Origin: Verrucomicrobiota bacterium
Lineage (GTDB): Bacteria; Verrucomicrobiota; Verrucomicrobiia; Limisphaerales; JACDHS01
DNA length: 64,000 nt
NCBI GenBank assembly: GCA_013820875.1
Contig: JACDHS010000006.1
Span: forward strand, 17,865 to 81,864
Reading direction: 5' to 3'
Every line of letters begins with the position of its first letter. Within the stretch, counting starts at the first letter, position 1. The position numbers and the translations under genes were made by a program. Below the pieces are notes generated by a model, which was given only the letters and a program-made list of their open reading frames with translations, made no database searches and was not told where the DNA came from. This document shows, in pieces, positions 43,399 to 53,206 of the stretch.

Positions 43399-44019
43399 AT
43401 GAAAAAGGCGAAAGCGGTGTTTGCAGTTGCTCTGATTCTTCTACTGCACTCCTTTCTTTGGCTATCGCTCAAAGGCGTCATTCAGAAAATCGAGCAGGAG
43501 AACGGTGTGATGGAGAATTATCAGGTCATCAACCTCTTCCTTGGCATCGCTCTCTGGATATGGGCTCTTCGACGCTCCAGGTTCCGCGCTGACAAAATCC
43601 TTTTTGCGGGCCTGGCGTTATTCAGCGGAACCATTCTCATCCTTGAGGTGGATTTCCGCCAAATGAATGCTCCGCTTCTGAATGCGATCATAAATGGAAA
43701 GATTCGCGATCTCTGGCTCGGAACACTGTGGCTTGTGGGAATCATTTTTTTCGTGCGCAATGCCAAGCCGGTTCTGAATGCCTTTCTTTCATGGCTGCGC
43801 ACCCCAGCCGCAGTGCTGATGTTTGCAGCGGGAGCTTTTTGGATAACATCCGCGCTGATCGATAAATCGCTGCTCGGACGCAAAGATTTGTTCAACGAAG
43901 AATTGATGGAGGTAAATGCCACTCTGCTGATGACCGCATCGGCCTTGCTGAATCTTTACACCCAAAACCGGCAGCCAAGCCCGGGCTACACTCCGGAACC
44001 AGCGGCGTTGATTCTTTAG
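43399..44019 (+). CDS. Integral membrane protein, unknown function
   Basis: 206 aa with about 6 hydrophobic segments. I recognise no motif. Confidence 0.55.
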   Translation: MKKAKAVFAVALILLLHSFLWLSLKGVIQKIEQENGVMENYQVINLFLGIALWIWALRRSRFRADKILFAGLALFSGTILILEVDFRQMNAPLLNAIINGKIRDLWLGTLWLVGIIFFVRNAKPVLNAFLSWLRTPAAVLMFAAGAFWITSALIDKSLLGRKDLFNEELMEVNATLLMTASALLNLYTQNRQPSPGYTPEPAALIL

Positions 44020-44237
44020 TTACTAAGACTGGATACTGGATTCTGCTGCTCGCGCAGGTGAGTTGAAACTGCCTCCTTTTAAAAGGAGTGAGCCGGCCCC
44101 GAGTGCAACCAATCACTCAGAACCGGCTCTTATCCCCCCAAACAACGGAGTCACTTTAGCAGTGATACAAAATACTACAATCAGGCCATCCATTTTTCAG
44201 CTATCAGGTATTCCATCAGACAAAGACGGTAGTGAAA

Positions 44238-45236
44238 TCAGGAGTGTGGAAATTGCGCATTCCAGCGCGCGGGAAAATAATGTTTCCAAAATAACCCGAA
44301 GAAAATGGAACGCACTTCTCCCCGGCCTATTTTGATTCGACGGGATGGCTCCAGGACATTTTCCTTCCGGAGTTGTTGAAGCGTTCTTACCCCAATCAGA
44401 ATCGGCAATGCACAGGCAATTCGCACGCGCATCTGCTTTTGCGGAAGCGCGTTGGTATAATCCCAACCGGCGCGCAGGTTCGAATGTGCCTGGTTGAGCA
44501 GAGCATCGTAAACGGGACGGAACCGCGAGATGTTCGCGGGATCCAACAGGTCTTCTGGCTTCAAGCTCGCTGCCACCAGTTTTTCGCGCGGGATATAGCA
44601 GCGTCCCTGGCGCAAATCACTCGGCAGGTCGCGCAGGATATTGACGAGCTGCAGCCCCTTCCCAAAACGAACGCTGTTCTGGATCAGGAGATTGTCATTA
44701 AGCGGCGCCGTCGGAAACAAATGGGTTCGGCACATCTTGGTCCAAAACTCGCCCACACAACCGGCGACACGATAGGTGTAACCATCCAGTTCCCCTTCCG
44801 TTTGCAGCGTCAGGATGCGCGACTCCGCGGCATGCGAGAAACGAATCAAGTCGAGTTCCTGCCCGCTGAGAATGGTGCTCAGGACTTCGCGAATGCGTTG
44901 TTGATCTTCAGGTGAAAATTCGTTGAGCAGCGCCAGGGCTTCTTCATTCCGTTCCAGTAACACGCGTTCACCCGGTGATCCCTGGTTCTTCGCCAGTTCA
45001 CCGAAGTTCAATGGTTGGGAATTCTTCCCAGACAACCGTTCTCGAAAGGCCCGTAGCGCCTGCAAGCGTTTATCCACCGGGACAATCTGCGTGTCAGCGA
45101 TGGTATCCGTCGTGCGGGCCAGCAAGTAGGCGAGGCTGATCTGTGGACGAATCGCCGGCGGCAGTATCCGCATTGTTTTGTAGAACGAACGTGAAACCTG
45201 TTCGAGCAGGTCTGTAAGCAGGGGGGAGGTTGCCAT
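44238..45236 (-). CDS. Squalene/phytoene synthase family protein (squalene synthase-like)
   Basis: SRSFYKTMRILPPAIRPQISLAYLLARTTDTIAD (first Asp-rich region), YRVAGCVGEF, and NILRDLPSDLRQGRCYIP. Confidence 0.8.
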   Translation of the reverse strand: MATSPLLTDLLEQVSRSFYKTMRILPPAIRPQISLAYLLARTTDTIADTQIVPVDKRLQALRAFRERLSGKNSQPLNFGELAKNQGSPGERVLLERNEEALALLNEFSPEDQQRIREVLSTILSGQELDLIRFSHAAESRILTLQTEGELDGYTYRVAGCVGEFWTKMCRTHLFPTAPLNDNLLIQNSVRFGKGLQLVNILRDLPSDLRQGRCYIPREKLVAASLKPEDLLDPANISRFRPVYDALLNQAHSNLRAGWDYTNALPQKQMRVRIACALPILIGVRTLQQLRKENVLEPSRRIKIGRGEVRSIFFGLFWKHYFPARWNAQFPHS

Positions 45237-46637
45237 TTATTTAAGTAGTTTTTTCCAGCGAGCCAATTGTCGTTTCACTTCATTCGTCCCGGGCGCGCCA
45301 ACCAGGTTTCGTTGTGCCATGGCTTTCTGCAGATTGAAAACATCCAGGGCATCTTTGCCAAAGATTTTATCCACCGATTGAAGCTCTTTCAATGAAAGTT
45401 GGTTGAGCGGTTTGTTTTCTTTTTCCGCCAATGCGACAACGGCGCCGACGGCATGATGCGCCTGGCGAAATGCCATTCCCTTGCGCACAAGATAATCAGC
45501 CAGATCGGTCGCAAGCAGCGCAGGATCGCTCGCCGCCGTAGCGCACGCTGTTTTGTTGACGGAAGTATTCTCCAACATTGCGCCGACGATCCGGACCGTG
45601 GTGCGAATTGTGTCGGTGGTATCGAATAAACGTTCTTTGTCTTCCTGCAAATCGCGGTTGTAGGTCATGGGCAACCCCTTCAACAACGTGAGCAGCGCGA
45701 CGAGGTTGCCGTAAACGCGTCCGGTCTTGCCGCGGGTGAGTTCCGCGATGTCCGGGTTTTTCTTCTGCGGCATCAAGGACGAACCGGTCGTGTAGGCATC
45801 GGCAATCTTGATGAAATGGAACTCGCTGCTGGCCCAGAGGATGACATCCTCGGCGAGACGGGACAGGTGCATCGCGGTGATGGCGGCGACGCTGCAAAAT
45901 TCGAGGGCGAAATCGCGATCGCTCACGGCGTCCATGGAATTTTGGGTGACGAGCGGCTTGTCATTGTGATCCACAAAGCCGAGTTGTTTGGCAACGAACT
46001 CGCGATTGAGCGGCAACGTCGAACCGGCAATGGCGCCACTGCCGAGCGGGCAGACATTCACGCGTTGGAAACAATCGATTAGCCGCGCGTGATCGCGGTC
46101 GAACATTTCCACATACGCCAGCAAATGGTGGGCGAAGTAAACCGGTTGGGCGCGTTGTAAATGGGTGTAGCCGGGGATGATGACATCCACGTTCTTCGCG
46201 CCGAGTTCGACCATCGCCATTTGGAGATCGCGCAGTTCCCCGGACAATTCGAGGATCTCATTCCGCAGCCACATGCGGACATCGAGCGCCACCTGGTCAT
46301 TGCGGGAGCGGCCGGTATGAAGTTTCGCGCCAGCCGGAACGCGTTTCGTCAGTTCCGACTCGATGTTCATGTGGACATCTTCGAGTTCCTCTTTCCACTC
46401 GAAATTCCCATCTGCGATCTCCTGGCCAATGTCTTCCAACCCTTTGCTGATCTGTGCCAGTTCACCCTTCGTCAGCACGCCGATTTTGTGCAGCATGGCG
46501 GCGTGAGCGATGGACCCCATGATGTCATGGCGCCATAGACGCCAATCGAAGGAAATGGATTCGGTGAATTTTGCAACGTCCGCGGCTGGGCCGGAGGCAA
46601 AACGTCCACTGCGTGAGGTAGGAGAACTTTTACTCAT
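45237..46637 (-). CDS. argH: Argininosuccinate lyase
   Basis: Trimmed to ATG 46637. GRFASGPAADVAKFTESISFD, the fumarate-lyase signature GSSLMPQKKNPD, and HTGRSRNDQV. Confidence 0.9.
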   Translation of the reverse strand: MSKSSPTSRSGRFASGPAADVAKFTESISFDWRLWRHDIMGSIAHAAMLHKIGVLTKGELAQISKGLEDIGQEIADGNFEWKEELEDVHMNIESELTKRVPAGAKLHTGRSRNDQVALDVRMWLRNEILELSGELRDLQMAMVELGAKNVDVIIPGYTHLQRAQPVYFAHHLLAYVEMFDRDHARLIDCFQRVNVCPLGSGAIAGSTLPLNREFVAKQLGFVDHNDKPLVTQNSMDAVSDRDFALEFCSVAAITAMHLSRLAEDVILWASSEFHFIKIADAYTTGSSLMPQKKNPDIAELTRGKTGRVYGNLVALLTLLKGLPMTYNRDLQEDKERLFDTTDTIRTTVRIVGAMLENTSVNKTACATAASDPALLATDLADYLVRKGMAFRQAHHAVGAVVALAEKENKPLNQLSLKELQSVDKIFGKDALDVFNLQKAMAQRNLVGAPGTNEVKRQLARWKKLLK

Positions 46638-46705
46638 TTCTAGACGATGCGAATTTGCGCGGAACACCCCGGGAAGTAAAGGGAGTTTGAGGTTTCAAGT
46701 TTGCG

Positions 46706-46816
46706 CATCTCATTTCTTGCAAGGGTCAGGTGAGATGAACTGGCACCGGGACGGTGCCATAACTCGCAGGCGAGGACGCCTGCGATACGTAGCGTAGCCG
46801 TCCTCGGCTGCGAGTT
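46706..46816 (-). other. Three consecutive stem-loops in the argH upstream region
   Basis: Stem pairs are 46761-78/46799-816 (18 bp, 1 mismatch), the alternative GCAGGCG-agga-CGCCTGC at 46766-83, TGGCACC/GGTGCCA at 46741-59, and CATCTCA/TGAGATG at 46706-37. Confidence 0.5.
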
Positions 46817-47159
46817 CAACGGGCGTCCCCGCCGGTTGTTCAGGAATTGAGATGCCGCGCAAGAAAGTTAGATGCGCCCGTTTGCAGTTTAAGGTTGGGG
46901 GCTTACAGCTCGAACACCACATTTAGTTCCCAGGCGGCGGGAACAAGCGAGTCGGGTTCGTGCTCGTGAGGCTGGTTTGCCAGAGCATGTTGCTGCGGAT
47001 GTAGATCACGTTGTCCTTATACCAACGTGGAATGCTCATACGCTTTGCACCCTCGTCCTCGACCAGGGTTCGAGTTGTGCCGTCGATGAGATCGTGCCAC
47101 AATTAATTTCCGCCGCATACCCCACAGTAGCTGGGGCAGATGTCTTGCCAAGAGCGTTC

Positions 47160-48464
47160 TTAATTTCCGCTTTCCGAGGAGGCAACCGTTTTCCAATAAT
47201 CCGGCAGATCTGATTTCGTCTCGACCAGGATCTCGAGAATGGCGCGCCTTGTCCCGGATGCAATGGCGGCAAAATCTCCAGAGGTATCCTTTTCCGTCAG
47301 AATTTCCCAGAGGCGTTTATAAACGTGGTTCTTGGTTTGCGCCGGCAGTTCATTGAAGGCTTTGGAATAGATCAGGAAACTGCACGGATACTTGAACACC
47401 CGCTTCTTCAGGTCGAACTGCCGGAGTGAACGTCCTTTGCTGTCGGTCGGACCGAAGCTTTCGAAGTCTTTTGTGAAAGTGGAACTCCCTTCCAAGCCAT
47501 CCTTGATCGTCGCTTCCTCCGTGAAGAGCAGGTATTTTAGAAACGACTCCACAATATTGGAGATGTAATTCATGTGACCGTAGCGGGCCAGTTGAATGTT
47601 GGATTCGTAATTCAGACGAGTGATGAAATTGTGCATGTGGGTCTGATGCTCAAGCACCATCAAAGCAACTATGTCGCTGCCCTTTTCGGGATAGCGGGAT
47701 GCATTGAAGAACCCGCTCAGGTCGGTCAGGTTTCCGGCGTGGTTCGGCTTTTTCTCCTGTTTATCCAATGCTGCCTTGCCCATCAGATTCCCGCGATGCG
47801 TTTGTTCGCCATGTTTGCCGGTGACATACCATCCGCCCCAACGATCCTCGAAAGGAGTGCGATGATTCACAATGGAAATGCCGGTGCTCAGTTCGACAAC
47901 CCCGCTTTCGTCGGTCTCAAAGGATCTTACGAGATGACCGGGCACCCCCATGCTTTTGCTGGAGGCATGACACTCAAGGCATTGATCGGTGCGAACAAAT
48001 TTCGGATTCTTTAATTGATGCTGGTCGAGCGTGTAGAAGACGCCACCCAGTTTTGGATCGACGGCGGAAACCTCCACGATCGGTGAACCGGGAATGTAAC
48101 CGATATAAACGTCGTCATTGAAATAAAGTGCGCGCGGTGTCCGGGGACTGATCCGCTCCCGTTGCAGCGATGTTTTCGAAAAGACCAGCACCTGGGAAGA
48201 TTTTGGAATTCCGAGTTCCAGGAGCAATGCATCGAGAAAGCCAGAGTCGCCTTCGTGTTTCAATTCGAATTCACCTTTGTCCATCTTCGACTGCAACTGG
48301 CTGATGGGATCGGAGGTCTTCGCTTTGTTGTAGCCGATGGTGTCTTCCTCAAAAGGCATCATGTGGGTCGCGCCCTGGAAATCGGCCTGTCCATTGGCCG
48401 GGATGAAGCTAAAGAGGAGGCAACTGCCAAGGAGTGCAAGAGTTTTGGTCCAGGTGCTCTCCAT
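47160..48464 (-). CDS. Secreted hypothetical protein with a single CxxCH heme-c motif
   Basis: Trimmed to ATG 48464, with AGGAGG 6 nt upstream on the minus strand. It has a signal peptide (LALLGSCLLFSFIPANGQA) and a lone CLECH. Confidence 0.6.
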   Translation of the reverse strand: MESTWTKTLALLGSCLLFSFIPANGQADFQGATHMMPFEEDTIGYNKAKTSDPISQLQSKMDKGEFELKHEGDSGFLDALLLELGIPKSSQVLVFSKTSLQRERISPRTPRALYFNDDVYIGYIPGSPIVEVSAVDPKLGGVFYTLDQHQLKNPKFVRTDQCLECHASSKSMGVPGHLVRSFETDESGVVELSTGISIVNHRTPFEDRWGGWYVTGKHGEQTHRGNLMGKAALDKQEKKPNHAGNLTDLSGFFNASRYPEKGSDIVALMVLEHQTHMHNFITRLNYESNIQLARYGHMNYISNIVESFLKYLLFTEEATIKDGLEGSSTFTKDFESFGPTDSKGRSLRQFDLKKRVFKYPCSFLIYSKAFNELPAQTKNHVYKRLWEILTEKDTSGDFAAIASGTRRAILEILVETKSDLPDYWKTVASSESGN

Positions 48465-48748
48465 CGAAGGCCTCCTCATATTATTCAACAAACATCTCAC
48501 GGCGATTATAATTTAGCGGGCAGGTATTGGCACCCGCAAGCTCTGCAAGAAACTGTGCAAACGTTCGCACCTATTGACGAATTGTTTCTCTGCAAAACAG
48601 GGGCAAAGCATCAAAAAGTTGATTCAGATCAAGAGGCGGGTTGCAAAATAGGGTGATTCCTCGCCAACGACCGTGTAGTTGCCCGCAAATCCTTCTCATA
48701 GATTATTGCCGAACCTGAAGCAAAGGGCCTGATTTTCAGGAAAATTAT

Positions 48749-49645
48749 ATGTCGTACAAAGAATGCATCATCCAACCGTCCTCTGCGCAGAAACCCGTCA
48801 AAGTTTCTGCCGGCACAGCGTTTGGCTGTGCCAGGGATTTTATGGACAATCGTTTCGTTTATGTGGTGGTTTCGCCACGAGCCAAAGGGCTGTCCATAGG
48901 CGTGAACATGAACCCCGACAAGATGTGCAACTTTGATTGCAGCTATTGCGAAGTAAACCGGCTGACACCCACGGATAGCCTTCTGGATGTGGATGTAATG
49001 GCAGCCGAGTTACAGAGGACGCTAGGGCTGGTTCGCACTGGAAGAATCCGGGAACATTCATTGTTCGGCGCGTTGCCTGACGAGTTGCTGCAGTTGAAAC
49101 ACGTAGCGCTGAGCGGCGATGGTGAACCGACTCTTGCTCCGAATTTTACAGATGCCGTGCAGGGCGTCATGCACGTCCGCGCGTGCAGTGGCGATTCGTT
49201 CTTCAAAGTGGTTCTTATCTCAAATTCGACCGGGCTAGATCTTCCCGACGTCCAATCCGGCCTGCGTTCGTTCACGCGTTACGACGAGGTCTGGGCAAAG
49301 CTGGAAGCCGGGACACAGGAATACATGAATCGTATCAGTGGTTCGACTGTGTCACTTGAGAAAGTGCTCACGAACATTCTCCTCGTGTCCAAAGAACGTC
49401 CGGTGATCATTCAAAGTTTGTTTCCATCCATTAATGGAAAAGAACCGACTTACATGGAAATCGATCAATACGTCTGGCGCTTAAAAGAATTGAAAGAGGC
49501 TGGCGCTCAGATTCCTCTCGTGCAGATTTATTCCGCTACAAGACCAATGTCACATTCCGAATGCGGACATCTCCCGTTGCGAACGCTCCATGGGATTGCC
49601 CAAAAAGTGAAACTGATAGCCGGGTTGAAGGCAGAAGTGTTTTAG
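48749..49645 (+). CDS. Radical SAM domain protein
   Basis: CNFDCSYC is a CxxxCxxC cluster. It is followed by SGDGEPTL (a SAM-binding GGE-like motif). Confidence 0.75.
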   Translation: MSYKECIIQPSSAQKPVKVSAGTAFGCARDFMDNRFVYVVVSPRAKGLSIGVNMNPDKMCNFDCSYCEVNRLTPTDSLLDVDVMAAELQRTLGLVRTGRIREHSLFGALPDELLQLKHVALSGDGEPTLAPNFTDAVQGVMHVRACSGDSFFKVVLISNSTGLDLPDVQSGLRSFTRYDEVWAKLEAGTQEYMNRISGSTVSLEKVLTNILLVSKERPVIIQSLFPSINGKEPTYMEIDQYVWRLKELKEAGAQIPLVQIYSATRPMSHSECGHLPLRTLHGIAQKVKLIAGLKAEVF

Positions 49646-49673
49646 GCACCGTCTGCTCCCTGGAACTCGGGAA

Positions 49674-51263
49674 TCAGGCAGACGCCTTGGGCGCTACTCG
49701 CTCCTGCCGATAGCTCGCCACCACCCAGTCGCTTAAGACTTTGTCCGGCGCTTCAACCGCATCTTGATCAATCATGAATTCCTGTTGCCCTGTATTTTGC
49801 CCGATCAGTTTCAAGCCGAATTGGAAATCCTTGAACTTCATCGCGCACAAATCACGCACGGGAACCTTCTGATCCACCGAAAGCTGCACCAACAAATCAG
49901 CGGCTGCCTCCGTGAATTTCACCTTGATCTTGTGCTCCTGTTCGAAGCGATCCGCGAAGTCATAGACCAATTGACGCACCACCGTCCGCTCTTCCTTCTG
50001 ATGTTCCGCGAGAAGTTTTTGCAATTCGCTCGCAGAATCCTCCACCAGTTCGCGGGTGACGACAAAACGCTTTACGTTCGTGGATGGTAGTTCGAATTTG
50101 AAATTGCGGAAGATCCGCTCGCAAACAGTCATCAACCCGCGCGCGCCAGTCTGTTCTTCCGTCGCCAGTTCCGCGATGCGACGCAACCCATCATCTTTGA
50201 ACAACACTTCGATGCCATAAGCGGCAAAGGTCTGCTCGTATTGCCGGATGATGCTGCCTTCGCTGGTTTTTAAAATCTGGAAGATATCATCGGCACTGAG
50301 TGGATGACACACCACACGCACCGGGAGGCGTCCGATGAATTCCGGCTCAAAACCGAAGTCCACGAAATCGCGCGTTTGCACCTGGTCGAGCGCCGCTTCG
50401 CCAACGAGCAAATTCTGCTGGAGTCCCGCAGCAAATCCAACAGTTGCTTCGCGCAACCGTTTCTGCACCAGTTTCTGCAAACCGGCAAACGCGCCGCTCA
50501 CGATAAACAGAATATGTTTCGTGTTGATGGTGTTCGGACCTTTTTTTCCACGCTGAGTAATATCCATCATCGCCTGGATCTGGCCGGCGATGTCCTGCTG
50601 GGAGCGTGCCGGGACTTCGGTCTCTTCCATTAGCTTCAGCAGATTCGTCTGCACACCGCGCCCGCTGACGTCGCGTCCGCCGTGCGAATTGTCCGCAGCA
50701 GCGATCTTGTCGATTTCATCAATGTAGATGATGCCATATTTCGCGCGCTCCACATCTCCGTCAGCCACCCGGACGAGTTCGCGGACGAGATCTTCGACAT
50801 CGCCGCCGACGTAGCCGGTTTCAGAAAACTTGGTGGCATCCGCCTTCACGAAAGGCACTCCGATCAAATCTGCCGCGCAACGGATCAGGTAGGTTTTACC
50901 AACACCCGTCGGCCCGACTAAAATAATGTTTTGTTTGGCGTAGTTCGGCTGGTCCTTGCCTTCTATCGCGAGGCGCACGTGGTGGTAATGATCGCACAAA
51001 GCCACACTCAACACCTTCTTCGCTTCTTCTTGTTTGATGACAAAACGATCGAGATACGTTTTGACGTCACGCGGTTTCTTGTCGAAGGCAAACAGCGGCG
51101 TGTCTTTCTCAATCTCCGTTGTTTCCGGAGGCGGTGCCCCCTGCCCTTCTTCCGGTTTGGTGAAGAACATCGGGTTGTTCGGAAAATTTTGTTTCATGAA
51201 GTCCTGCAATTGCTTCTGAAAATCTTCCGGCGAAGGTGGTCCGTTGAAAGTGCGTGTTTTCAT
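49674..51263 (-). CDS. ClpX-like AAA+ ATPase lacking the N-terminal zinc-binding domain
   Basis: Trimmed to ATG 51263. YLDRFVIKQEEAKKVLSVAL, Walker A GPTGVGKT, pore loop GYVG, Walker B IIYIDEIDK, and a VGF loop. There is no CxxC in the first 90 aa. Confidence 0.75.
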   Translation of the reverse strand: MKTRTFNGPPSPEDFQKQLQDFMKQNFPNNPMFFTKPEEGQGAPPPETTEIEKDTPLFAFDKKPRDVKTYLDRFVIKQEEAKKVLSVALCDHYHHVRLAIEGKDQPNYAKQNIILVGPTGVGKTYLIRCAADLIGVPFVKADATKFSETGYVGGDVEDLVRELVRVADGDVERAKYGIIYIDEIDKIAAADNSHGGRDVSGRGVQTNLLKLMEETEVPARSQQDIAGQIQAMMDITQRGKKGPNTINTKHILFIVSGAFAGLQKLVQKRLREATVGFAAGLQQNLLVGEAALDQVQTRDFVDFGFEPEFIGRLPVRVVCHPLSADDIFQILKTSEGSIIRQYEQTFAAYGIEVLFKDDGLRRIAELATEEQTGARGLMTVCERIFRNFKFELPSTNVKRFVVTRELVEDSASELQKLLAEHQKEERTVVRQLVYDFADRFEQEHKIKVKFTEAAADLLVQLSVDQKVPVRDLCAMKFKDFQFGLKLIGQNTGQQEFMIDQDAVEAPDKVLSDWVVASYRQERVAPKASA

Positions 51264-51375
51264 GTGTGCCCGGTTAAACTCGCGCAAATTTGCATCCCCC
51301 GCAAAGGGAAACGGGCGCAATCGCAAAGGAACAAAAGCGCTGTTCAATCCCGTAAAGGTGTTGGAAGCTTCGCGC

Positions 51376-52332
51376 ATGGCAGAACGGCATGTGATTGTCA
51401 CCGGTGGCGCCGGTTTCATCGGTTCACACCTCGTAGAACGATTGATCGCGGACGGGAAATCCGTCGTGGTCATCGATGATCTATCCACGGGACGAATCGA
51501 AAATTTGTGCCACTTGCAGGCCGGTCCACGACTCACCGTTGTTCAATCCAAACTTTCCGAATGTCCCAGCCTCCGGGAACTGGTCTCCAATGCGGAATTC
51601 ATCTTCCACCTCGCTGCTGCGGTGGGAGTGGAACTGATTCTGCAATCGCAGGTGCAAACGATTCACACCAACCTGCACGAGACGGAAATTATTTTTGCGA
51701 GCGCCAGTGAATTTGGAACTCCCGTGCTGCTGGCCTCCACCTCGGAAGTTTACGGCAAAAGTCAAAAGGACTCTTTCTCCGAGGAGGATGATTTGATCAT
51801 TGGACCGCCTTACCTGAGTCGCTGGAGTTATGCTTGTTCCAAATTGATGGATGAGTTTCTCGCCCTGGCCTACGCGCAAGAACAAAAGCTTCCGGTGATC
51901 ATTGCCCGATTGTTCAACACAGTCGGTCCCCGGCAAACCGGCAAGTATGGGATGGTTTTACCACGGTTCATCACCGCAGCCAAAAACGGTGAATCGCTAA
52001 AAGTGTTTGGCGATGGCAATCAAACCCGCTGTTTCTGTTATGTTCAGGATACTGTGGAAGCTTTGATGCGCTTAGCCAATTCGAGCGAAGCGCGCGGTCA
52101 GATCTTCAATGTCGGCAGTTCTGAAGAGATATCAATCCGATCCCTTGCCGAGGCGGTGATTAAAGCGACGAATTCAGCATCACAAATAGAGTCCATCCCA
52201 TACTCGGCAGCTTACCCTCCCGGGTTCCAGGATATGCTCCGGCGCAAACCTTCCACACAGAAATTGAAACGGGTGACCGGCTTTACCCCTCAGACACCGC
52301 TTGCAGAGATCATCCAGATCACTTCTGCTTAA
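51376..52332 (+). CDS. NAD-dependent epimerase/dehydratase (UDP-sugar decarboxylase/dehydratase-like SDR)
   Basis: Trimmed to ATG 51376. VTGGAGFIGSHLVERL plus the catalytic YACSK. Confidence 0.8.
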   Translation: MAERHVIVTGGAGFIGSHLVERLIADGKSVVVIDDLSTGRIENLCHLQAGPRLTVVQSKLSECPSLRELVSNAEFIFHLAAAVGVELILQSQVQTIHTNLHETEIIFASASEFGTPVLLASTSEVYGKSQKDSFSEEDDLIIGPPYLSRWSYACSKLMDEFLALAYAQEQKLPVIIARLFNTVGPRQTGKYGMVLPRFITAAKNGESLKVFGDGNQTRCFCYVQDTVEALMRLANSSEARGQIFNVGSSEEISIRSLAEAVIKATNSASQIESIPYSAAYPPGFQDMLRRKPSTQKLKRVTGFTPQTPLAEIIQITSA

Positions 52333-53140
52333 GCGCTTTGCGCAGATATTCCGGTCGATCAGTCGTGATTCCATCTACACCGGCTGCGACGAGCGCCTTG
52401 GCGACTGCCGGATCATTCACCGTCCAGGTGTAAAGTTTGAGACCGGCCGCGTGGACTTTTTGCACGAATGCTTTATCAATCGGGAAATTGTAATTGAGAT
52501 TCAAGCCATCAAGATTTGCGTCTTTGGCTTTCTTGATCAGATCCTCGATCTCTGGATATTTGCCGGTATCCTTGTCCTTCTTCCATCCGTGCAAATAGTA
52601 AACCTCATGTTTCGGAAATTGAGCCTTCGCAGCCTGGGCGGTGTTATAATTGAAGGTGATCATCGTCAGTTGCTCTGGTTTTTTACCTGAAGCCGCCATG
52701 ACGCGTCCTAGTTCCGGCAGGATTTCCGGGCCGACTTTGATTTCGATGAACATCGCTTTGCCTTTTGGAACGGTGGCCAGGATCGATTCCGTCGTTGGGA
52801 TCCGTTCACCCGCAAATTTGGGCCCTTTCCAGGAACCCACATCGAGCTTCTGCAATTCGTCCCAGGTTTGATCCACAATCTTCTTATTTACGCCACCAAT
52901 GCGCTTGGTGTCGTAGTCGTGCATCGAAACGAGTTTGCCGTCTTTCGAAAGATGAATGTCGAATTCCACGGCATCCGCTTTTTGTTTCCAACCGAGTTTG
53001 ATGGCGGAGAGGTTATTTTCCGGCGCATCGTAAGAAGCGCCGCGATGAGCAATGATTTCAACGGCCGAAACGGATAGAGTCATACACGAGAAAAGTAGTG
53101 CCACGGAAAGTTGGGAAAAGACGCGCAACGGATTCTTCAT
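52319..53140 (-). CDS. Glycerophosphodiester phosphodiesterase, secreted
   Basis: It has a signal peptide. IIAHRGASYDAPENN and EFDIHLSKDG are GDPD motifs. Confidence 0.85.
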   Translation of the reverse strand: MKNPLRVFSQLSVALLFSCMTLSVSAVEIIAHRGASYDAPENNLSAIKLGWKQKADAVEFDIHLSKDGKLVSMHDYDTKRIGGVNKKIVDQTWDELQKLDVGSWKGPKFAGERIPTTESILATVPKGKAMFIEIKVGPEILPELGRVMAASGKKPEQLTMITFNYNTAQAAKAQFPKHEVYYLHGWKKDKDTGKYPEIEDLIKKAKDANLDGLNLNYNFPIDKAFVQKVHAAGLKLYTWTVNDPAVAKALVAAGVDGITTDRPEYLRKALKQK

Positions 53141-53206
53141 TTGCGAATCAACCTAGTGCGTCAGGCACGCAACAGCCAGAAATTTTAGCGACAAAAAAAG
53201 AATTTA

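Noticed and set aside
46920-47135. A small minus-strand ORF (MSIPRWYKDNVIYIRSNMLWQTSLTSTNPTRLFPPPGN) that might be a remnant of a gene tail.
   Set aside because: At 38 codons with no start context or identifiable family, it cannot be distinguished from chance.
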